This document shows, one piece after another, positions 51,364-57,912 of a DNA stretch of 64,000 bases; positions within the stretch are counted from its first letter, which is position 1; each line of letters opens with the position of its first letter. The notes under the pieces are model-generated. The model saw only the letters and a list, made by a program, of their open reading frames with translations. It had not been told where the DNA came from and did no database searches. A program made the translations under genes and the position numbers. The stretch is from a virus: IMG/VR virus record IMGVR_UViG_3300028920_000057, positions 24,897-88,896 of that record. One strand, 5' to 3'.

Positions 51364-52195
51364 CGGTTACCTCTACTTCTATGACCTTTTCTTTGTCTTC
51401 TTGTGCTTTTTTATTAAGCTCACGTTTAGCGGCGTTGGCAAAGGCCGATACAATGGAACTTGCATCTTTCGTGTTGCCGGCACCAGCCTTTACTCTTGCC
51501 TTTCGTGTTGCCACGAGGTCGTCCAGTAAACGACCCTTTTCCTTCCCAAGCTTGGATATAACGTTGATTCTCGGATTTTCAATTTCTGTCATGATAGGAT
51601 CACCGTTGTCATCTACTCCGACGCATTTTTCTCTAACCGTCTGGGGATCCATCGCCATCTCCCAGTTGGCTCTAAGCTGAAGTATTTCGAGCTCTGCGAG
51701 TTCGTTGATCTGGTTTCGGTCTATAGCCATCATCTCATCATCTGAATCAACCTCGAGTTCCACCATCTTTTGTTTCTTCCAGTTGTCAAACAAATGGGTT
51801 TCAACAGGACATGGTTTTAAAAGAGGAGGGCTAAGCTCTGCCTTAACTACGGGACACATATTATAATATGGGCATTTCTGCCCTAGACAGATCATGGGTA
51901 CCGCAGCTTGATATCCGTCTACCATGCGTCTGGCAAATTGTGCCAGCGTTTTCATGGCAGCTTCTGTAACTACCAGTTCCTGCCCTTCGGGCATAAGCGC
52001 CAGTAAATTTTGTATAATAGGGTCTTTAACTGTCGAAGATCTTGTGAGAGTAAGGACGTTGTCCTGTCCCTTCAGCTGATGCTTCTGAGGACGTTTCTGG
52101 AGATAGGTAGCATTACACCCCGTCGAGGATTCTACGACTGTTGTATCTTCCTGTGGCTTTTCCAACTCGTCGTCTGGGCTGAACTTGTCACTCAT
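51347..52195 (-). CDS. Putative terminase small subunit (Cys-cluster protein)
   Basis: PMIC...C.Y..MCP.......CPVE followed by a helical region ending L.ATRK; near terL. Start revised to ATG 52195 because of a GGAG RBS. Confidence 0.45.
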   Translation of the reverse strand: MSDKFSPDDELEKPQEDTTVVESSTGCNATYLQKRPQKHQLKGQDNVLTLTRSSTVKDPIIQNLLALMPEGQELVVTEAAMKTLAQFARRMVDGYQAAVPMICLGQKCPYYNMCPVVKAELSPPLLKPCPVETHLFDNWKKQKMVELEVDSDDEMMAIDRNQINELAELEILQLRANWEMAMDPQTVREKCVGVDDNGDPIMTEIENPRINVISKLGKEKGRLLDDLVATRKARVKAGAGNTKDASSIVSAFANAAKRELNKKAQEDKEKVIEVEVTDGEEA

Positions 52196-52288
52196 TCTTA
52201 CTCCCATATAAGTAAGCCACCGTGGTTCGCGACACCCCGAAGGGTCTAAGCGTGGTGGCTGTTGAAAAAACATACCATTATTTTCATC

Positions 52289-52312
52289 AAAAAAGACTCC
52301 CCGAAGGGAGCC
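52289..52312 (-). terminator. Intrinsic terminator with a UUCG loop
   Basis: Minus strand GGCTCCC-TTCG-GGGAGTC-TTTTTT. Confidence 0.75.
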
Positions 52313-52404
52313 ATAAACAGTGCCATGACAAAGTCATAAGCAGGTTTTGATACGCAGTCCGTATTCGGACTGACGCTTGGGGCTCGAGTCGTATGAGCCT
52401 CAAC

Positions 52405-52557
52405 TTATTTGAACAAGCCCTTAGACTTGCTTCCTAGACCAGAACCAGGAGTCTGGTTATTGGGAGGAGGCGTGGGCTGTCCCGGAATCTTAACTGGTTT
52501 CGTTGCTGAAAGATTCGGCTGCGTAGCAGCAATCTGATTCGAACTTGTAACTGCCAT
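52405..52557 (-). CDS. Small Pro/Gln-rich protein (50 aa)
   Basis: MAVTSSNQIAATQPNLSATKPVKIPGQPTPPPNNQTPGSGLGSKSKGLFK; GGAG RBS overlapping the lipase stop; below the ORF-track cutoff. Confidence 0.55.
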   Translation of the reverse strand: MAVTSSNQIAATQPNLSATKPVKIPGQPTPPPNNQTPGSGLGSKSKGLFK

Positions 52558-52566
52558 TTTCAACTC

Positions 52567-53343
52567 CTACAAAAGTTTTTCCAATGCTTTTACATAACCT
52601 TCGACACTGTGATCTTTATAAGACCACGGACTGAATGTGCAGACCCAATCTGCGAGCTCGTCGAGTTTCTTCATGTAATAACCTTTACTATGGATTCTGA
52701 CTGGCTTGCCTGCATGCTTATAGATCTTAAACGGAGGTAACGCGGGGACTACGTCATTCTGCAGCCTAATGCGCCATGTTTCATCAATTTGTGAATGAGA
52801 CTTGGCAAACGTCTTATCTCCCGTCTTTGGGGACCCAAAAGTATAACACGCCGAGATATAGCCATAGGCCCTCATATCCATCGCACATTGTTGTGCAAGT
52901 GGTCCGCCCATACTGAAGCCGGCGCAGTAAACTTTTGCAACTTCCAATGACCTCATTGCTTTTTTAATTGTTTTTGCAACAGCATGGTAAGCCGCATGAT
53001 ATCCAAGATGAACCTTGCCTGCGAAGTTATCTCCAGGTTTACGGTTGATAAATTGCGCATTTGTTTTCCAGTCTTTAAGGTTCCATGGCTCTGTACCTCT
53101 GAAGACTATGGCGCATGCTGTCTTTGACAACTTGAAGATACCAACCTGAACATCGAGTTCTTTATTTTCGATCGATTGATACAGTCTTGGATTATTGGCA
53201 ACCTCAATCGACCTTATCTCCGAACAGAGCGTTGCAAGGTCATGTGCCATTTTTACGTCGAGTCCTTTTGGGGGAATCGTTTTATCTTTCCAGCGACCAA
53301 ACCAGCCCGATATTTTTTTCATGATTTTCTTTAAAGCTTGCAT
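52567..53343 (-). CDS. Class 3 lipase (alpha/beta hydrolase, Lipase_3)
   Basis: VFRGT, VHLGY, nucleophile elbow GFSMGG, YTFGSPKTGD, NDVVPALPP, YKHAG, DHS; catalytic triad appears intact. Confidence 0.88.
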   Translation of the reverse strand: MQALKKIMKKISGWFGRWKDKTIPPKGLDVKMAHDLATLCSEIRSIEVANNPRLYQSIENKELDVQVGIFKLSKTACAIVFRGTEPWNLKDWKTNAQFINRKPGDNFAGKVHLGYHAAYHAVAKTIKKAMRSLEVAKVYCAGFSMGGPLAQQCAMDMRAYGYISACYTFGSPKTGDKTFAKSHSQIDETWRIRLQNDVVPALPPFKIYKHAGKPVRIHSKGYYMKKLDELADWVCTFSPWSYKDHSVEGYVKALEKLL

Positions 53344-53507
53344 TATTTACTCCAAAATAATGTTATAAGCCAGTATATTATACACGTAACAGGGGTAAAT
53401 ATCAAGACCGCCCCTGTCATCACTACATTTGTGAGCCTAAAGTGGTAGTCATCCGCATCTCTGGCTTCCTGTAAATACGAGCGAATACCATCGCAAATAG
53501 CTTTCAT
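53343..53507 (-). CDS. Small membrane protein (54 aa, one C-terminal TM segment)
   Basis: GAGGT RBS; MKAICDGIRSYLQEARDADDYHFRLTNVVMTGAVLIFTPVTCIIYWLITLFWSK; TAATG coupling to the lipase. Confidence 0.45.
   Translation of the reverse strand: MKAICDGIRSYLQEARDADDYHFRLTNVVMTGAVLIFTPVTCIIYWLITLFWSK
53377..53405 (-). promoter_or_regulatory. Sigma70-like promoter TTGATA-N17-TATAAT
   Basis: Near-consensus -35/-10 with a 17-nt spacer, about 35 nt upstream of the lipase ATG. Confidence 0.65.
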
Positions 53508-53531
53508 ACAAAATACCTCGTTAGGTTAGAA

Positions 53532-53696
53532 TTAGTTTGCTTGAATCAAGCGGATAAGAAAGATTGCGTCCCGATAGTTTGTCAGACCGTCGCGGACATA
53601 CTTTCTCCAAATGAGATGAGAATTGAGGTGGTCGTATTGGGTAAGGAACTGGGGTGTGCGTTGACGCAGTAAGGTCAACGCATCTTGTTTACTCAT
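53532..53696 (-). CDS. Small hypothetical protein (54 aa)
   Basis: MSKQDALTLLRQRTPQFL...; start overlaps the end of the epimerase gene. Confidence 0.45.
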   Translation of the reverse strand: MSKQDALTLLRQRTPQFLTQYDHLNSHLIWRKYVRDGLTNYRDAIFLIRLIQAN

Positions 53697-54648
53697 AGTA
53701 ATCTTTGTACCATTCAACAAAAGCTTCCACCCCGTTTTCTACCGACACAACCGGTTTATAGCCAATATGTTCGAATAAACTATCCGTACTGGCATACGTC
53801 ATCTTCACATCGCCAAGCTGCATAGGCATAAGGTCTAACAGGGCCTCTTTTCCGGTAGCTTTTTCTATAGCGGCTATGAAGTCCATCAGGCGAACCGGTT
53901 CACCCCGCCCGATGTTGAACACCTTCAGGCCCGACGGCTTGAAGGTCACTCCCTTGATCCCTGCAACGATATCGTCCACGTAGGTGAAATCGCGCATAAG
54001 ATCCCCATTATTATACACAGGAATGGGTTCTCCTGCAAGGATCTTCTTTGTAAAGATAAATAGAGCCATATCCGGCCTACCCCATGGCCCATATACTGTA
54101 TGAAAGCGCAGACCAGTACACTGCATATTGTATAGCTTATTATATGCATGAGCCATAAGTTCGTTGCATCGTTTTGTAACACCGTAAAGAGAAGACTGAG
54201 TGTCGCATTTATGCGACTCTTTAGATGGAAACTCTGTCGAGTCCCCATAAACTGAAGAACTTGACGCATAAACAATGTGTCTAACAGGCCAGTGCCTGCA
54301 GCACTCTAACACATTTAAGAATCCTGTAATATTTGAATCTATATAAGTCTGAGGAGATTCCAAGCTATGACGAACGCCAGCTTGAGCAGCTAAGTGAATT
54401 ACATAATCTATATTACATGCAAGAAAAATTTTCTCTAGCCCTGCTCGATTTTCGAGTGAATCCTGGGTAAACTTGAAGTTGTCATAGATAGTAAGGCGTT
54501 TTAATCTCGCTTCTTTAAGACTGACATCATAATAGTCATTCATATTGTCATATCCAATGACTGTATGCCCAACATCCAGCAGTTTCTTTGCGGTATGAAA
54601 ACCTATAAAGCCTGCTGCCCCGGTAAGTAATATCTTTAGAGTCGCCAT
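53689..54648 (-). CDS. NAD-dependent epimerase, UDP-glucuronate 4-epimerase-like (extended SDR)
   Basis: TGAAGFIG, DNMNDYYDVSLKEARL, HLAAQAGVRHSLE, YASSSSVYG, YGVTK, GLRFHTVYGPWGRPDMA, RDFTYVDD, FNIG, GDV..TYA. Start revised to ATG 54648. Confidence 0.92.
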   Translation of the reverse strand: MATLKILLTGAAGFIGFHTAKKLLDVGHTVIGYDNMNDYYDVSLKEARLKRLTIYDNFKFTQDSLENRAGLEKIFLACNIDYVIHLAAQAGVRHSLESPQTYIDSNITGFLNVLECCRHWPVRHIVYASSSSVYGDSTEFPSKESHKCDTQSSLYGVTKRCNELMAHAYNKLYNMQCTGLRFHTVYGPWGRPDMALFIFTKKILAGEPIPVYNNGDLMRDFTYVDDIVAGIKGVTFKPSGLKVFNIGRGEPVRLMDFIAAIEKATGKEALLDLMPMQLGDVKMTYASTDSLFEHIGYKPVVSVENGVEAFVEWYKDYYE

Positions 54649-55892
54649 ACGTATTGCCCCGATTTTGGTTCCACACAACCTTTGACGTCAATTATTACGT
54701 CATATTCATCAAAGAATCCCTTTTGTTTAAATTGCTTATGGTCAACAGCTACAATAGCTATTGCCATATCCTGCGGTTCGATAGGTTCAATACCAAATAC
54801 CCTTTTCATTGACAGACTGTCAACATACGGATCCATTCCTTCTACTATAACCCCATACTCCTTCAATTCTTTTATTATATCAACTACCTTTGAATTCCTT
54901 AAGTCAGGACAATTAGCCTTAAAAGTAAGACCATAGATATGAAATGCCGCTGAAGCCAAATTCCGGGCCATCATTAACTTTATTGCCTTAGACGCTACAA
55001 AGCGCCCCATCGAATCATTTATCCGTCTCCCGGCCAGGATTAGCTCTGGATTGTACCCTACAGCCCGAGCCTTGTATGTAAGATAATAAGGATCAACACC
55101 TATACAGTGACCTCCTACCAGACCCGGCTTAAAGTCAAGAAAATTCCACTTGGTACAAGCTGCCCTTAAAACCTCAAGAGTGTCAATTTGCAATTTGTCA
55201 AATAGTAAAGCCAGTTCATTCATAAGGGCTATATTCAAATCACGCTGGGTGTTCTCAATAACCTTGGCCGCCTCAGCAACCCTGATAGATGAACACCTGA
55301 ACGTACCAACCTTGACGATCGTATTGTAGACCGCCTCGACTACGTCGAGTGCGTCCTCATTAGAAGCGGATAGGAGTTTGGTAATTTTAGACAAAGTGCG
55401 CCGCTTATCACCAGGGTTGATCCTTTCAGGAGAATAACCAACAAAGAAGTCCTTGTTGTAAACAAGGCCCTCGCTCTCAAGAATAGGAATACAAACCTCC
55501 TCAGTAGTACCAGGATAGACGGTTGACTCATAGACAACTATATCTCCCTTAGATAAGACACTCGCGGCCAGACGAGATGCCTCGATCAAAGGAGTAAGGT
55601 CCGGCTTCTTGTGGTCGTCCACTGGTGTAGGTACTGCCACAATATAAAAATCACACTTGGCTATGTCTTTAGAATCAAAAGTGTATTTGACGTCCGTAGC
55701 AAGCAAGTCCTTAATGGCTACCTCGTAAGTGCGATCAACACCCTCCCTGAGCTCACCAATACGCTGTTTGTTGACATCAAAACCGATAACGCGTCCGAAT
55801 TTACCCAAAGCTACAGCAACCGGCAACCCAACGTAGCCCAAACCAATTACTGCAACCTTCCTGTTATGTCCATTTTTAGGTGTAATGCGCAT
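54636..55892 (-). CDS. UDP-N-acetylhexosamine 6-dehydrogenase (TviB/WbpO-like, UDP-glucose/GDP-mannose dehydrogenase family)
   Basis: IGLGYVGLP, VAVPTP, YESTVYPGTTEE, GYSPERINPGD, AEAAKVIENTQRDLNIALMNEL, TKWNFL.FKPGLVGGHCIGVDPYYL, GLTFKANCPDLRNSK. Confidence 0.93.
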   Translation of the reverse strand: MRITPKNGHNRKVAVIGLGYVGLPVAVALGKFGRVIGFDVNKQRIGELREGVDRTYEVAIKDLLATDVKYTFDSKDIAKCDFYIVAVPTPVDDHKKPDLTPLIEASRLAASVLSKGDIVVYESTVYPGTTEEVCIPILESEGLVYNKDFFVGYSPERINPGDKRRTLSKITKLLSASNEDALDVVEAVYNTIVKVGTFRCSSIRVAEAAKVIENTQRDLNIALMNELALLFDKLQIDTLEVLRAACTKWNFLDFKPGLVGGHCIGVDPYYLTYKARAVGYNPELILAGRRINDSMGRFVASKAIKLMMARNLASAAFHIYGLTFKANCPDLRNSKVVDIIKELKEYGVIVEGMDPYVDSLSMKRVFGIEPIEPQDMAIAIVAVDHKQFKQKGFFDEYDVIIDVKGCVEPKSGQYVWRL

Positions 55893-55920
55893 TCGTGTAG
55901 TCTCCCAGAAGTTTTACAAC

Positions 55921-55949
55921 ATTATACCCATATAGGGTAGAAAATGCAA
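55921..55949 (-). promoter_or_regulatory. Sigma70-like promoter TTGCAT-N17-TATAAT at the head of the minus-strand block
   Basis: Perfect -10, 17-nt spacer, about 30 nt upstream of the dehydrogenase ATG, which has a GGGAG RBS. Confidence 0.7.
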
Positions 55950-56025
55950 ATAATATATTTTAAGACAAAGACGCGCCCGGATCCGAAAAGCTGACATATA
56001 TGAGCCCCCCGGGGTTGTTTTCCGT

Positions 56026-56122
56026 GCGTGTGATCGAAGCGATATTTAAGCGTGCGCGTAACCTGAAGGACACTCGCTCCCGCGTGTGATCGAAGCGATA
56101 TTTAAGCGTGCGCGTAACCTGA
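56026..56122. repeat. Perfect 41-bp direct repeat, two copies (56026-56066 and 56082-56122)
   Basis: GCGTGTGATCGAAGCGATATTTAAGCGTGCGCGTAACCTGA twice, 15-nt spacer, in the non-coding strand-switch region. Confidence 0.95.
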
Positions 56123-56297
56123 GCCTATAGGCGAAGGCAGGTGGAGTGTTTCCGTCCGCGTGACCATTTTCTCTCTTTCTCCTTTATACGGACTTTACTT
56201 TCACCGTTTCGAGCCCCTGGGTTAGTTATTACTTCTTTACCGTACATGGGGAGTACCTTTAATTATCTTTTTAATCTTTTTACTATTAGGAGTTATT

Positions 56298-56525
56298 ATG
56301 ATTACTTCAGCTATTAACCTCAAATCTCTTCCCTTTATTAACTTTGATGAAATTGGTTTAAATTGTATGTTTGATGCTGATTATGCATTTATTAGAGAAT
56401 CTAAAAGAACAGGTAAACGTTTTATTCACACATACCATGATAAGAACGAATTCAAACAAGTAATAGTAGAAGAAATGTCAGTACCTAGTACTGCATTCCA
56501 TAAGAAGTTCTTCCGTGTTATCTAA
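56298..56525 (+). CDS. Small early-type hypothetical protein (75 aa)
   Basis: AGGAG RBS, AT-rich codons, followed by a hairpin cassette. Confidence 0.7.
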   Translation: MITSAINLKSLPFINFDEIGLNCMFDADYAFIRESKRTGKRFIHTYHDKNEFKQVIVEEMSVPSTAFHKKFFRVI

Positions 56526-56542
56526 TATACCTACTTGTATAT

Positions 56543-56580
56543 AAAGGGTACTACTATGTAGTACCCTTTTTTTATTTAGT
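56543..56580 (+). terminator. Hairpin/T-tract cassette copy 1
   Basis: AAAGGGTACTAC-TAT-GTAGTACCCTTTTTTTATTTAG. Confidence 0.75.
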
Positions 56581-56658
56581 ATACCCTCAATAGCTATATA
56601 CCTGTAGTAGCGAACCCCTATATACCCTTATTAGCCACCCTTATTATGGAGCAGTATC

Positions 56659-56724
56659 ATGACTCGTTATATCCCCTTTATTATTATTGCCACTGTTACA
56701 GTATGTGCTATGTGTATACTGTAA
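56659..56724 (+). CDS. 21-aa hydrophobic micropeptide
   Basis: GGAG RBS; MTRYIPFIIIATVTVCAMCIL; the only RBS-led ORF I found between two cassettes. Confidence 0.5.
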   Translation: MTRYIPFIIIATVTVCAMCIL

Positions 56725-56755
56725 GTACCTCTCTACTATAACCCCCCCCTACTAT

Positions 56756-56793
56756 AAAGGCCCTTCCTATAAGGGCCTTTTTTATTTAGAACG
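56756..56793 (+). terminator. Hairpin/T-tract cassette copy 2
   Basis: AAAGGCCCTT-CCTAT-AAGGGCCTTTTTTATTTAGAACG. Confidence 0.75.
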
Positions 56794-56832
56794 AACCCTT
56801 TACTATCATTAACCTATATATGGAGCAGTGCT

Positions 56833-57003
56833 ATGAAAGACAGAAAGAACATGACCAATGAAGAAGTGATCGCCCACAACGTAGCAGTAACCAAGAAACT
56901 GGATCACCCTGACGACAGAAGGGCGATGATAGCAGGCGCTATTAAAAAGCAGCCCCACAAGAGGGCTCTGTGGGAGGAGGTCCTGAGAAGGGCTCTCTCA
57001 TAA
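56833..57003 (+). CDS. Small early-type hypothetical protein (56 aa)
   Basis: GGAG RBS; MKDRKNMTNEEVIAHNVAVTKKLDHPDDRRAMIAGAIKKQPHKRALWEEVLRRALS. Confidence 0.65.
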   Translation: MKDRKNMTNEEVIAHNVAVTKKLDHPDDRRAMIAGAIKKQPHKRALWEEVLRRALS

Positions 57004-57016
57004 GACCCCCCTATAG

Positions 57017-57055
57017 AAGGGCCTCCTTATGGAGGTCCTTTTTTATTTTAAACGG
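57017..57055 (+). terminator. Hairpin/T-tract cassette copy 3
   Basis: AAGGGCCTCC-TTAT-GGAGGTCCTTTTTTATTTTAAACGG. Confidence 0.75.
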
Positions 57056-57111
57056 ACCTTACTATTGGGAACTTGTCCATCCCTTACCATTTTTTTATGA
57101 AAGGAGCTACT

Positions 57112-57492
57112 ATGCTCGCAGTTGGTTTTACACTTTTTCTCATCGCTTTTGTAGGAGCTATGTTCCTGCAAACAAAACGGTACGCATCTATGGTGCGTAA
57201 AACGATCGAAATTAACAACAAACAGGCCAGAGACCGGGACCTGAAGAACGTCGAGCGATGCTATCAGAATCACTTGATTCGCTTAGTCCAAAAGCAGCAT
57301 CGTATGATGCGCCAGATGGACCGTCAAGACCGTGCTCTCATAAGAGAGATGGTTAAGAACGGAGAAAAAAGAAATCGCGCCAAAACACAGTGGATGATCG
57401 ATCACCTTGGCCCGAAGTCTGTGTTAGAGAAAAGGCACGACACAGAAGGAAAACGATTCGAAGCATATTCATTATGCGAAGGGAGGATGTAA
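57112..57492 (+). CDS. Hypothetical protein with N-terminal TM segment
   Basis: AAGGAG RBS before ATG 57112; MLAVGFTLFLIAFVGAMFL followed by a basic helical region. Confidence 0.65.
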   Translation: MLAVGFTLFLIAFVGAMFLQTKRYASMVRKTIEINNKQARDRDLKNVERCYQNHLIRLVQKQHRMMRQMDRQDRALIREMVKNGEKRNRAKTQWMIDHLGPKSVLEKRHDTEGKRFEAYSLCEGRM

Positions 57493-57725
57493 TGGACCAG
57501 ATACAAGACGCCCTGATCGATCTCGTCAAAGAGGTCGAATACGAACTAGAAGACAAAGGTCTGGCATCATGGGATGCAGACCAGGCTGAGGCCTTCGGGC
57601 CTTTGGTCGAATTCATGGCAACTCTGGAAGACGCTGTCTTCCACATCAACGTACTGGCTGAGTACTCCTTTGACAACACGCCTTCGGTCATTGCCTCTAT
57701 GGCCTTGACTGAATCCAAGGCATAA
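57492..57725 (+). CDS. Small acidic hypothetical protein (77 aa)
   Basis: GGGAGG RBS and TAATG coupling at 57490-57494. Confidence 0.65.
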   Translation: MDQIQDALIDLVKEVEYELEDKGLASWDADQAEAFGPLVEFMATLEDAVFHINVLAEYSFDNTPSVIASMALTESKA

Positions 57726-57737
57726 TCCCACCACACT

Positions 57738-57776
57738 AAGGGGCCCTTAATTGGGTCCCTTTTTTATTTTAAACGG
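57738..57776 (+). terminator. Hairpin/T-tract cassette copy 4
   Basis: AAGGGGCCC-TTAATT-GGGTCCCTTTTTTATTTTAAACGG. Confidence 0.75.
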
Positions 57777-57912
57777 TCGTTATTGGCCCCTCATGGTTAT
57801 CGGTCGCGCCATGAGGTATATGAGCGCGTAAGTCTCGTCAGTTGATTAAGTTCAACGTGAGCTGCTGCATAGGCCACTTTATTAACTCCCATTATCTTGG
57901 AAAGGATTAACC

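Noticed and set aside
326-55940. Many 60-240 aa plus-strand ORFs and nested minus-strand ORFs in the ORF track
   Set aside because: They lie antisense to or out of frame within long, coupled minus-strand genes and lack RBSs or recognisable motifs, so they are shadow ORFs.
56026-56122. 41-bp repeat as a mini CRISPR array
   Set aside because: Only two copies, a 15-nt spacer, no repeat palindrome and no cas genes.
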